Shown here in pieces: positions 1 through 12,089 of a stretch of DNA of 51,776 bases. The DNA lies in contig NW_021834163.1 in the NCBI RefSeq assembly GCF_006345805.1, positions 1 through 51,776 on the forward strand, written 5' to 3'. Within the stretch, counting starts at the first letter, position 1. Each line of letters starts with the position of its first letter. The stretch is from Octopus sinensis. Taxonomy: Eukaryota. The translations under genes were made by a program, and so were the position numbers. The notes below the pieces were generated by a model. The model made no database searches and had not been told where the DNA came from. It was given only the letters and a program-made list of their open reading frames with translations.

Positions 1-2020
1 GTTTTAATAATCCAGGCTTTTTTGTCTGCTTTCTCCCTCACATAGGATTGTTGCAGCCTTTTATCAATCTCTATCAGTGTTGTTTTTAGGCGGGACCTTC
101 CGCTAGTTTTGGGATGCTGGTTGAGTCGATTTGCAACCTTCGTCCGTCGTCTCATGAGGATCTTCCTCCCCCCTGGAATCCTGCTCCTATTTGTTTTGGT
201 CTTGTGATCTGGGACATATTTCTGGCATATGGCTTGCACAACAGACATAAAACATTCTAGTTTCATGTCAATGTCAGGTATGGAGAGACATTTCAGCCAG
301 TCCTCCCTGAGGATTTCTTTTTGGATCGATTTCCAGTCTGCTTTATAGAAGTTCAGACTGGAGAGATTTCGGGTGCTTCCTTTAGGCTGTATGGTTACTT
401 TCGGCCCAAACATTGACAGCTCTATTATGTTGTCATCCGAGACTAATGTCGGCGTCACTTTCACATCAAGAATGATGTCCATATTGTTCCTGAAGCAGAG
501 ATCCAGAATGTTATTCGCTCTAGTCGGTCTGAGTACAACTTGCTCCATGAATAGGGCATTATTGAGGTTGAGCAGGGACTCCACCTGTGCTTGCTTGCAA
601 TGAGTCATTCCTGAGAGTATGAGATCTTCGGGCCATTTGATGTTGGGGAAGTTGAAATCACCCATAAGAAATATGGTCACGTGATGTTCCAGTTGCATGA
701 GGATTTCTTTAATTCTTGTGAGGCAATCTTCAAACTTGCCTATGTGCTTTGGAGCATCCGGTGGGCAATATGTATTGCATATGACTATATTGTGTTGTCT
801 TATGTATACAATTAGAGTGTCACATATCGAATTTGAGTATGACAGTAAGACGTAGGGTGTGAGGTCGTGACGGATGTATACAGAAACTTCACCATGGCTC
901 ATTTCCCTTCTGCCTGTTCGCTGTATGGCATAGTTTGGTACTTGTACTTCTGCATCCTCTATATCGGGGTTGAGATGAGTTTCCACGGGTGCTATGCATA
1001 GGGCTTGATTGCATGCAGCAAGGTCTCTCAGGAAGAAAGATTTGCTTATGTTATGATGCAACAGGCCCCAATATTTAGTAAAGATATTGGCCTGACGACT
1101 GTGCAAACGTTAGGGGAGGCCATCCCGTGTCTGTTGACTGTGGTGGCCTTGCGCAGTGGTGGGCAAGGTTCCTTGTTTGCGCTTGGTGTTGCCAGGTCAG
1201 CTGCTGCACAATCTTTTGCGCCATGTACAAAAAAGACTGTTGCTCAGCTGCTGCGTTGTGCATAACATCTGAAGATCGCACTTCTTTTGTGAATTTTTTC
1301 CTTGGAGATATTTGTTGTCTTTCCCCAGGGAAGTTTTTCTCCTTAAGGCCCCTTTAGTTTTGGCGGGGTGTCGGGTGGGCAAATCGGGTTTTTTTGCCGT
1401 CTTCCCCATGCCAACATTTGCCTTGCAGGTAACATATGCAGGTTTTCGAGTGCCTTCCAAATTTCTTCTTTCTTGTAGGGTTTTTGATGGTATTGGATCC
1501 TCTATGGGGTTTTCTGTTTTTTGTTGGTGGATTGGGGTTTCGGTTTTGGATGTTTCACTTTTGCCTTTTCCTTTTTCTTCCTTTCCTTCTTTATGTTTAT
1601 GTTCTGTCCTTCCTTTTCTTGTGGTGGGAACTTTATTCCTCTGGTTGTCCAATGGGGTGAGGGCTCCGTTCCTTTGTAGAATCACTGGCACAGAGGCGCT
1701 TCTAGTTACTGCTTCCTTGGCTCCCCTATCCTTTTCTGTCTGGTCGTTCAGAGGAGTGGGTGATCCATTCTTTTCAGGAACCACTGGATCAGAGATACTT
1801 CCGGGTTTTGTTACCTTTTCATCTTCTCCATCATTATCAGCCTTGCCACAATAGTTTTCGATTATGACATTCAGGGTGTCGATGTGGTCTGATAAGCATA
1901 TAGGATCTGATGAATTCATTCTTCTTCCGCTCTATCTGATCAATGTTTCTGTGAAAGCCATTGTTTTTCGGTGCAGTAGTGATGATGTTGTTTGGCGGAT
2001 CGCCACTAGCAATCACCCCG
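1..2020 (-). mobile_element. Decayed CR1-like LINE: ORF1-like region plus APE endonuclease, running off the window start
   Basis: Minus strand encodes ETHLNPDI..VQVPNYAIQR..IVICNTYCPPDAP..MGDFNFPNIKW (APE). ORF 1197-1919 is low-complexity and ORF1-like. About 740-1350 is nearly identical to 14109-14721. Confidence 0.8.
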
Positions 2021-2021
2021 G

Positions 2022-2068
<47 letters not shown>

Positions 2069-2350
2069 TAGAAGGTTTGGAGATGTACATGTATTATATA
2101 TGAGAAGAAATGAGGTACTCAGAAATCTGGATGGCTTTATATTTACAGATATCTATTAGTATGTTGCATGTTTTTATAAATCATATATCATATATTAGCG
2201 CTTTCGTCCACTCAAGTGGAGTTGTCAAATTGAACTTTTGCAGGAATTTTGTCTCTTTTTATAGTATTATTGAGTGTGTAGGGGTGGGGAGAGATATAAG
2301 ATAGTACAAGAGGGTGATGAATGGGGAGAGAGTGAGAGAGAGAGAGAGAG

Positions 2351-2392
<42 letters not shown>

Positions 2393-2429
2393 TGTGTCTG
2401 TATCTGAAAGAGGTGTTAAAGAAAAAGAG

Positions 2430-2604
2430 AAGGAAAGGAAGAAGGAGAGAAAGAAGAAAAAATTTGTTGATAGCTTTGCAACTGATCAGTCTTTCAATAG
2501 TAAATGATTCTTGGCTTTTAGAAATGGCAAATTCAGCTGGTTACTCCAAGTTGGGCAAAATGTCACTTTTCAAAAAATTGTCTGGATTTCTTTTTATCAT
2601 TGTC

Positions 2605-2635
<31 letters not shown>

Positions 2636-2947
2636 TGGTGTGTGTGTGTAAGTGCGCACGTGTGTGTGGGTGTCTGTGTATCTGAAAGAAGTGTCAAATG
2701 GAAAAGGGAATAAAAGGAAGGAGGAGGAGAGAAAGAAGAAAAAATGTGTTTACATTTTTGCAACTGGTCAGTCTTTCAATAGTAAATGATTCTTGGCTTT
2801 TAGAAATGGCACACCGTGCTGGTCAGTCTTTCAATAGTAAATTATTATTGGCTTTTAGAAATGGCAAACGCAGCTGGCCACTTCAAGGGGGGCAAAATGT
2901 TACTTCTCAAAAAGTTGTCTGGATTTCTTTTTATCATTGTTTTGTGA

Positions 2948-2978
<31 letters not shown>

Positions 2979-3030
2979 TGTGTGTATGTGTGCGCGTGTG
3001 TATGTGGATGCCTGTGTATCTGTAAGGGGT
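2430..3030. repeat. Tandemly duplicated ~280-bp unit with GT/GA microsatellites, downstream of the Penelope ORF
   Basis: cagtctttcaatagtaaatgattcttggcttttagaaatggca occurs three times; ctggatttctttttatcattgt occurs twice. Confidence 0.7.
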
Positions 3031-3293
3031 GTCGATGGAGAAAGGAAGAAAGAAGAAAGAGAGGTGGAAGAAATAATTGTGTTGACAATTTATACCACTG
3101 TTCAATTCTTTCAAGCCAATATTTGATTCCTGTGCTGATATGGGTTGGAGAATCTGGAGGAAAGATTGATTTTTTATTTATGTATATGTACATATGTCTC
3201 GTACTGTGTGTGTGTGTATGTGTGTGTTTGCTTAATACAATTTACTTTACAAAATTGGTCCTTCATCTAGTACAAATTATTATAGAAATATTT

Positions 3294-4490
3294 TCAGCCA
3301 TTCAATTTGGGGGAGAACTTTGTTATGAAGTATTTTTCCATATTTCTACTGAAGGAGGTGTCATTCTTTGGACATTTGTAGAAGGGAAAGATCTCAAATT
3401 TTCCTTCTCCACATGTATCTAGGTGTTTACTCAGTGGAATCTTTCGCAGTTCCTCCTGTCAGACATGTTGTCGGTGAATTCTGGCTCGTTAGCATAAAGA
3501 ATTTCCAGTTTCACCTATATAATTCTTCCTGCATGTGGGGCAGGTTATGCAGTACATTACGTTCTGTGTCTTGCAGTTCATGTCTGCATTTACTTTGAAT
3601 ATCAGACCACTCTTAAATTTCAATTGTTTCCTTCTATATATTTGTAGGTGGGGTTACTGCAGATCCCACATCTACCATCTCCGCACTCTTTTACAAAGAA
3701 TTCGGTTTTAGTTTCTGATGAGAATTTCGCTCTTGTTAGTTGTTTCCTCAGGTTTTTGTCTTGTCGTTTACTGTTTTTTATGCAATATTTGTTTAATATG
3801 TTTCCCATTTTGAGGCTTTGTAGGACTATTGGTAGGTTTGAATGTATGATTTGAAACATGTTGGTAAATCCAGGGTTGTGTGTGTTTATGAAAGGGATGA
3901 TGTTTTCTTTGCTTTTCGTTTTTGGAGTTCTGAGTTGTGGGATGTCCAGTTTAATTGCTCTTGAGATTCCATTATTTATTAGTTTGAGTGGGTATTTTTG
4001 TTCTACTAGGAAGTTTTTAAGTTCATCTAGTCGTATTTAGCGTGCTTGTGAGTCGGTTACTATGCTGCATATGCATCTTGCCATACTATATGGGATGTTT
4101 CTTTTTATGTGGGATGGGTGACAGGAGTAGAAATTTAAATATTGGTGTGTGTCGGTTTTTTTGGTAGTGGATGCCTGTTGTGATGATGGAGTTGTGTATC
4201 TTGATGTTGATGTCTAGGAAGGGAAGTTCGTTGTGGCTGGTATCTATCGTGAAGTTGATAGATGGGTGCAGTGTGTCGAGGATGTTGTGGAATGTTCGTA
4301 GATCTTCTGATCTATTCCAAAAGATGAAGCAGTCATCGAGGTAGCGTTTCCACTTTTTCTTGATGTATTCTCTGAAGTCGTGTTCGAAGACTTTCCCTAT
4401 TTCATCGTATAGTCTGTTCTCAAAGAAACCCATCGCCAGGTTGGCATATGAAGATGCGAATTTTGTACCCATAGCCGTGCCCGTTATCAG
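3294..4490 (-). mobile_element. Penelope-like retroelement, degenerate RT plus GIY-YIG endonuclease
   Basis: GTAMGTKFASSYANL..WKRYLDDCFIFW..LPFLDINI (PLE RT), then CGDGRCGIC and VMYCITCPTCRKNYIGETG..R..H (GIY-YIG), ending KFSPKLNG*. Contains stops and frameshifts. Confidence 0.88.
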
Positions 4491-4771
4491 TTTTTAGTTC
4501 TATGAGATTTGGTGTGGGTGTGGCTGTAAATTTGAGGTCTTTTAGTAGTAGGTTCATTTCATTTTCGTTCAGTTCTCTTTTAGATAGGTTTATTATTTTG
4601 GGGGTCTATGTTTTGTGTGTTCATTCGGAATTCTTGGTGTGATGGGTCTGGAGTATGGATTATCAGGGAGAGAATTATATTATCAATAATAATAACGGGT
4701 AAAATTAATTAGTAATTAATAATTTTACCAAGCAGTGTACAGTATGTTAAAAGGACCATATACGGTAAACT

Positions 4772-5279
4772 TAAACATTACTTTATATAACTAGGGTTCA
4801 GCAAAAAAATAGTAAACTACAGATTCTTCTGTAGGAATTTGTTGCTCTATAAAACACGTGGGTAGACAAGGAAGATTATGAAGTCTCATTCGCATGTTTT
4901 GAATTCGTTAGTACTGAATATCGAAGATGGTTTGTCTGAAGTTACTCGGGTCAGATAGGTATGTTCGATTTTTAGTGCTCTCAAATTTAAAATTACTGAA
5001 ATCTTTGTGCTGATGACAGGAATGTTGGAATAGGGATGGATGTCTAGCATCTCTATATCTAACTAACCCAGAAACGCGTCCACAAGTAATCGAATGCCGG
5101 GTGAACTTTCGTTATTTTTCCCTCTGTGCCTACGTCAATTGTTTTTGAGTATACATTGTCTGGGAGATTCTTCTTATAGTAGAAGAAATAGCTAAATTCT
5201 TTGGCTGCTATTTCTAAAAATTCGGTATGTGGCAAAGCAAATTTTTTTTATGAACCCTAATTATATAAAGTAATGTTTA
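4772..5279 (+). mobile_element. Short inverted-repeat element containing a hammerhead motif (probably Penelope-derived)
   Basis: Arms 4772-4810 and 5241-5279 are reverse complements; internal hammerhead motif; followed by (TA)n. Confidence 0.7.
5005..5085 (+). ncRNA. Minimal type I hammerhead ribozyme motif
   Basis: UUGUG-CUGAUGA(5010-5016)-long stem II-GAAA-CGCG-UC|CACAA. Stem I is UUGUG/CACAA; loop III is palindromic. Confidence 0.75.
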
Positions 5280-5567
5280 TATATATATATATATAAGAAA
5301 TTTTGCCCATGTGTGTGATATTATTTACGAGTGAATGACTTCACAAGTAGAAAAATAAGAGGGTGTAATTGGTTATCGGCATTACTGTAATTGCTGTGGG
5401 CAAGGGAGATAACTGTTCAGCTTTCAGTAAGTGGAGGGGAATATATATGTACAGATAAAAAAAAGGTTTCTAAAATCTTCTTCAGTGAAGGGATTTATGT
5501 ACAGTGATGTAATTGTGAATTGAAATATGTAAAAAGATAAAAGCTGATTTGCTCTTTATGTAGAGTG

Positions 5568-5612
<45 letters not shown>

Positions 5613-5899
5613 ATTTTAATCCAAACGGGAAACAAAAAAACAACAACAATGGAACAATTACAGTATTATTATTAATAGGCGCTCAGGAAAAGGAAGCAGG
5701 GAGGTATGACGTTTCGAGCGGAGCTCTTCGTCGGAAACATAAAGAAGGAAGAGAGAGGAAGAAAGATCCCAGAGCGGCAACAGGAAAGAGAAAAAAGACG
5801 ACTGGTGTTTACGAGTTGCACATGGTGAAAGGCGGATGTTTACGAAAACAGAGCAAAATGGGTTTTTAAAGGCAAAAGAGTGGAGACAAGGTTGGTAAC

Positions 5900-6891
5900 G
5901 CAACAGATGTGTGTGTATGTGTGAGTGTGTGCGTGTGCGTGTGTGTATGTGTGTGTGTGAGGCGAGATGGAAAAACAAAAAAATATATATGTGTGTGTTA
6001 GTGTGTGCGTCTGTGTGTAGGCGTGTGAGGTAGGGCGAGATCGTGGTCAGCTTAGCAGACAAAGGTCAGTAGTAAGAAAAAGAAGGAAGGAGGAAGGGAG
6101 GGAGGGGAAGGGGTGGGGGCGTATGTAGCGTGCCAGCGTGTGTTGAGTAGTAGTGTGTGTGTGTGTCCAGTGTCGTGGTGGTATAAATGGCGAGTAGATT
6201 GAATGTCTGTAAGAGTAATGTATATATTTAAGCAATGTGTGTATATGTGTGCGCGTGTGTGTAACGAAAAAGGGGGGGTTAAGGAAAAAGGACTCCAGCT
6301 GAGGGGAAGATGGAAGAGTGGTCCCGCGGAGGCGGGCGTGGGAAAACCCAACGACACGCGACGGTCCCAGGAACGGGCGGGAGGTCTTGTCGGTTCCAAG
6401 AGCGAGGTGCCTGCGGAGCGTATGCGTACGCGAACCAGCGCAAGCGCGTGCGTGCGCGAGCCTGCGAGTATGTGCGTAAGTATGTATGTGTGTGGATGTG
6501 TGAGTGTGTCTGTGTGTATGTCCGGGTGGCAGTGTGTCCGATGAATGTATGTGAGTATGTGTGTATGTATGTGTGTGCATAGATGTATGTCCGTGTGTGT
6601 GTGTGTGTGTATGTGTGTGAGTGTGTATGTATGTACGTGTGGGTGTGGGGAAGTGTGTGTATGTGCATGTGTGTGCGCGTACATACAGGTGTGTGAGTGA
6701 GTGTGTGTGTGTGTATGTATGTGTGAGTGTGTATGTATGTGTGTGTAGGATGCATGTATGTGTATGGGTGTATGTATGCGTGTGTGTATGTATGTATGTG
6801 TATGTGCGTGTGTGTGTGTGTATGCGTGTAGGTGTGCGCGTGTGCATGCATGCATGCACGCATGTGCGTATGTGTGTATATATATATATGT
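5900..6891. repeat. GT-rich compound microsatellite region
   Basis: Long (GT)n/(GTAT)n arrays; the source of spurious HT/VC-rich ORFs. Confidence 0.85.
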
Positions 6892-7061
6892 AATACAGAA
6901 CCCCAGCGATGTTGCACACCTGCAGCAGGAGTTGGACTCAATCTACAGATGGGCTGAGGATAATAATATGCAGTTTAATGCTGAAAAATTCCAGGCCCTG
7001 CGCTACCAGCATCCAAAACTGAATATTAAACATACGGGATACACCGGTCCACAGGGAATTT
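6892..7061 (+). mobile_element. CR1-like LINE RT fragment
   Basis: IQNPSDVAHLQQELDSIYRWAEDNNMQFNAEKFQALRY, near-identical to the minus-strand copy at ~12880-13040. Confidence 0.8.
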
Positions 7062-9890
7062 CATTCAGCTCATATTGCAGGTGCATAGTGTCTTAAAGAT
7101 TCTGTATTACCTGTGAAACTTTTGTATCATCTGCATAATTTGTGATCGTGTCTCTGTGTGACTGAGGGCATGTCTGAGAGGGCCATTATTAACAGTAGTG
7201 GTTCCAAAACAGTGCCTTGCGGAACACCGCTCACTATTTGTGTGTCATTGGAGGTGGCCCCATTGGCTATTACCACCTGACTTCTATACATGGGAAAGTC
7301 ATGAAGTCATTCTCCTAATTGTCAAACTATACCGAGATCACGCAGTTTGTGACATATTCCATGATCGACTTTATCAAAGGCCTTTGCAAAGTCGAGATAT
7401 ATCACTTCCACATTTGAGTTGTTGAGCAGCTGTTTCAGCACCCAGTCATAGTGTTCTAAGACCTGAGTCAGGCAGCTTCTTCCTGGTCGGAAACCATGTT
7501 GGGTGTCAGTCAGTAAATCATTTTCGTCAAAGAAGGTGTTTGGTTTTCTTCTGACTATTCGTTCCATGAACTTACTGATGTGCGAGGTCAGAGAGCTAGG
7601 TCTGTAGTTTTTGGCCTCTGCTCTGCTACCTCCTTTATGAATAGGGCATATTATACCCTCCTTCAGTTTGCCAGTTGTAAGGAAGCTTACATGCTTTTAG
7701 AAGGAATCCACCAGGGCCAGTAGCTGAGTTTGGGTTCATTTCATCTATAGCCCTTATTACATCGTTTTCCTTTATATTGATGTAATCGATCATCACTGCT
7801 TCTATTTTCATATCTGCAGTGGTAAGAAAAGTTGGAATTGCTGTCTTGCAAGTGTCCTAGGTGTGGAGTGAAAATATTTTTGAATTGCTCATTTAGTACT
7901 TCACTTGTCCTCATTGGGTTTCCTGTGAGTGAACCATCTTTTTCAAGAAATGGCCCCTATCCTGCAGTGCACTGAAGCTGTTTCTTTGACAAATTTGTAG
8001 AAAGCTCTGGGTTAGAGTTTATATTGTCTATAGCACAGGCTTCTTTATCTCTTCTTTCTTTTTCATGGGAGAGTTGTAGATTTTTTTCAATCTCCATTAG
8101 TTGTATTTTCGGGTGGGAATTTTCACTGTTTTCAATTTTTTGTTTAGGCGATTCTTATAAGAATTCTCCTCTCCCTGGGGATTTTGTTCTTGTGTACAGT
8201 GACCTTTCTCTCTGGGACACATTTGTAGCATATGGCTTGCATTACAGACATGAATTGTTGAAGTTTCATGTCGATGTCTGGTGAGGAGAGACATTTAGGC
8301 CAGTTTTGTTTGAGTTTTGTTTTGTCAATTTGTTTCCAGTTTGCCTTATGGAAGTTCAAGCGGGAAAGATTTTGAGAGTTTCTTGTAGGTTGCATGTCCA
8401 TGGTTTCCTTTGGTCCATACATGGTCAGCTCTACCATGTTGTGATCCAGCATGTTACCTGCCCTGGTTGGTTGGAGTACGATTTGTTCCATATACAAAGT
8501 GTAGATGAGGTTCACGAGGGACTTCACCTGTCCTTGTTCGCATCGTGCCATTCCCGGGAGAGAAAGGCCCTCGGGCCATCTGACACTGGACAGATTGAAG
8601 TCTTCCATAAGAAGTACAATTATGTGTTGTTCCAATGTAACTAGAACTTCTATTTTTGTAAGGCTGTCTTCAAACTTGCCTACATGATTTGGATCATCTG
8701 GAGGGCGATATGTAGCACATATAACTACATCGAGTTATCTTATATGTACAATTAGTGTGTCACATACCGAATTTGAGTGTGACAAAAGGACCTGGGGTGT
8801 GAGGTCTTCGCGGATGTACATAGTAACTCCACCATGACTCCTTTCTTTCCTGTTGATCCGTAATATAACATATGTGGTATGTGTATTTGTGCATTTGCTA
8901 TATCTAGTTTCAAGTGTGTTTCCGCAAGTGCTATGCATAAGGCTTTATTGCATGCAACAAGGTCTATCAAGAAAGGGATTTTTGTCCTGTTACTAAGTGT
9001 TAACAGTTCTCTGATGTTCAGTAAGAGCACCCATATGATGTGTGTGTTGTTGCCAGTGGTGCCCACCTTGGGTCTATTTGCTGTGGTGGTCTTGTGTATT
9101 GGGGATAGTCCCATATGTGAGATTGATGTAGCCAGGTCAGCTGCTGTACAATCTTTTTGCTATGCACAAAAAAATGTTGTTCAGCAGCTGCCCTTTCAAT
9201 AACATGATAAGACTGGTTTGTAGCACGCACTACACCTGCGTACCTCCGTTTCGGGGCACGTGGTGCGTAGTTCTTTCCTTTTGGCTGGTGGTTTCCGCCC
9301 TGTTTCATGTTTGTGTGGCGGGGTCTTTGGTGTGCAAAACGGTAGCTTGCACCTCCCTCTCCATGCCAGCAGACACCTTTCAGGTAGAATTTGCACATTC
9401 GTCTGTGCTGTCTCTTTTTATCCTTTTTGTTATATGGGTAGTCAGGTTTGCTTCTTTCTTTGGCTGTGTCATTTTTTTCTTTTAGGTTTTGCCCCTTTTA
9501 GCTCTTTCACCTCCACGGGTTTTTGCTTTGATGGTGGTAGGGGCACTTGCACTTGGGTTTTCTTTCTGAGCAGGTTTCTCGCTTGAATCTTTGTTTTCTT
9601 CAGTGTCTACCAAGTGGGGGGTGGTGACATCTTTCATCTACATCTGTGCCTCCATCCTAGTCATCTTTGCTGTGTTTATTATCAAAGATGAATCAAGAGT
9701 GCTGATGTTGGGTCGTATGAGAGCGTAGGAGTGTGTAAACTTCTGCTTCTTTCGTTCTATCTGTGCTAAACTTCTGGTGTAACCATTGCTCTTCAACGCA
9801 GCTGTGATTATATTGTTTGGGTTCTCGCATTCAGCACAGTACCAGGCTCTCAGGAGCGATGTCAATTCCATGCTCCTCCAGTTCCTGGAT
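7062..9890 (-). mobile_element. Decayed CR1-like LINE (ORF1 zinc-finger remnants, APE, RT)
   Basis: WYCAEC (PHD-like), CKFYLKGVCWHG (CCCH-like), ALAETHL (APE), QHGFRPGRSCLTQ..YLDFAKAFDKVDH and SGVPQGTVL (RT); many frameshifts. Confidence 0.85.
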
Positions 9891-10144
9891 ATTTTTATGA
9901 ATATTACATTTATTTATTTTTAAATTTAACGGTGTGATGGAGGGTAGGGAAGAAATACAGAAAGAAAGCGTTTAAATATTTAGAAAGATTGAGAGGCTGA
10001 TAGAAAAGAGGAAGATAGAGAGAGAGTGGAAGAATGTATTTATAATAGAGGTTGAGGGCCTGAGAGAAGAAAGACTGTGTGTTGGAGAGAAGTGAAAATA
10101 TTGAGAGGATAGAGAAAAAGTGCGTCTATACACACACACACGCG

Positions 10145-10197
<53 letters not shown>

Positions 10198-10530
10198 AAG
10201 AATTATGGGATGATGGAGTGAAGTAAAGAGATAAAGAGAGAAGAGGAGTGTCTATATCTTAAGAGATACGAAATAGTGAGAGAAAGAGAGAAACGAAAAA
10301 AGTGAGAGTGTGATGAAAAAAGATGGTGTGATGGAGTGAAGTAAAGAGACAGAGAGAGAGAGAGAGAGAGAGAAAGAAGAGGGGAGCGTCTACATATTTA
10401 GAGAAAAGCAATAGCGAAGAAAAGAGGGAAAGGGGAAATGACGGTGTGATGGAGAAGAGAGAGTAAAGTTATGCAAATTCTTGAAAAGGATTCAACTTGG
10501 ATATCGAAAAATAAAGGAATAAATAAATAT

Positions 10531-10579
<49 letters not shown>

Positions 10580-10583
<4 letters not shown>

Positions 10584-11510
10584 TTAGATATGTTTCGACC
10601 AAAGATTAGTCCAGTCCATGTCAAACGTAATAGCACCATCTGATAGGATTATCTAAATCCTGTTTAAGTCAAGTTTTGTTTGTGGTCCATTCAAGTAGTG
10701 AGTTCATGTTGAGTGAGTTGTATCCAGGTATGGGTGGCTTATCCGGTATTCCTTGAAGAAACCTGTTCAGCCTCCGTTTAAAATTGATGGGATCCTTTTC
10801 TTATTTGATCTCTTTCGGGCAATGTTAAACAGGACAGGGACTGTTGAGGAAAAGAAATTATGTCGCAGTGTACCTATATGCTGTGATCTTGAATTGGGTA
10901 GCGGACGTATGGCCCGTGGTCCCAGCCTTGGATGAACCTTGAAACTAATGTTCAGGTCATTTGGGCAATGTTGGTGGTATATTCTCCACATCGTAAAATA
11001 ATGTATCGCTCGCGGCGGCGCTGGAGAGAGTAGAGTTTCAATGCTTTAAGGCAGCCCCAGTAATAGAGATCAGTCATGCCTTCAATTCGTTTAGTGAGTG
11101 CCCTTTGGAGCGATTCAATCCTTGAGATGTTTTGTCTTGTATGAGGAGACCGCAAAGGGCAGCAGTTTTCGAGGTATGGCCGTACAAAGGAGGAGAAAAG
11201 TGGAATGATGACACCTAGTTCTCTGGACCGGAAGGTTCTTAAGATCCAGAAGCTCATCCTACGCGCTATATCCACCTTATTGTTGATATGGGCACTCCAA
11301 TTGAGATTGTTATCGACAATTACGCCCAGGTCTCTGATATTGTTAGAGGCTGTGAGCGGTTCTCCTGAAGGAAGAGAGTATGGCTGTTTTAGTATAGACT
11401 TTCTTCCAAAATGCATCAGCTAAAATTTTCCCTCGTTCAGTTGCATTTTGTTTTTATCTGCCCATTGACTCACACCATATAGATCAGACTGGTAGTTGAG
11501 TTCGGTCTTC

Positions 11511-11513
<3 letters not shown>
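10580..11513 (-). mobile_element. CR1-like LINE 3' fragment (different subfamily)
   Basis: IRDLGVIVDNNLNWSAHI..VRPYLENCCP..LKLYSLQRRRER. Confidence 0.8.
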
Positions 11514-11573
<60 letters not shown>

Positions 11574-11640
11574 GTGTGTGTGTGTGTATGTATGTAGTAT
11601 GTATGTATGTACGTATGTGTGTATGTGTGTGTGTATATAC

Positions 11641-12031
11641 TTGTCCCAAAGTTTGGCATCGAGAGTTACATAAGTACTAGAACTGGGCGCCACTGCATAG
11701 TGCCAAAGACTCAAAATTTGCCATCAAAATATAGGACATGATACTGCAATAGCCTGGCCTTCAGAGCACCACAGCTCTCCAATATCCTCCCGAAGGGTCT
11801 GAGAGACCTGCATGGGGTGGATGTAGGTGTCTTCAAAATAAAGCTGGACTTTTTACTGTTAAGGGTCCCAGATTACCCAATTTCGCGGCAGGAAGGGCAG
11901 ATGAGAGCAGCGGCATCAAACTCTTTCATGCACCAAATGCCAATTCATAAAAGGCATTCGTGAAGTAAAATTATGTAGCAACACCAAATGGCGGTGCCCC
12001 AGCATGGCCACAGCTCATGTGCTGAAACTGG

Positions 12032-12032
<1 letters not shown>
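11641..12032 (+). mobile_element. CR1-like LINE 3' end
   Basis: VPKFGIESY..TGRHCIVPK..FKIKLDFLLLRVPD, plus the 3' tail ggcggtgccccagcatggccacagctc..gctgaaac; homologous to 12100-12490 in the opposite orientation. Confidence 0.8.
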
Positions 12033-12084
<52 letters not shown>

Positions 12085-12089
12085 ATGTT

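Noticed and set aside
6047-6941. Long His/Thr- and Val/Cys-rich ORFs (also 17174-17907, 29574-30124, 45034-45829)
   Set aside because: Translations of GT, TA and GTAT microsatellites that lack stop codons.
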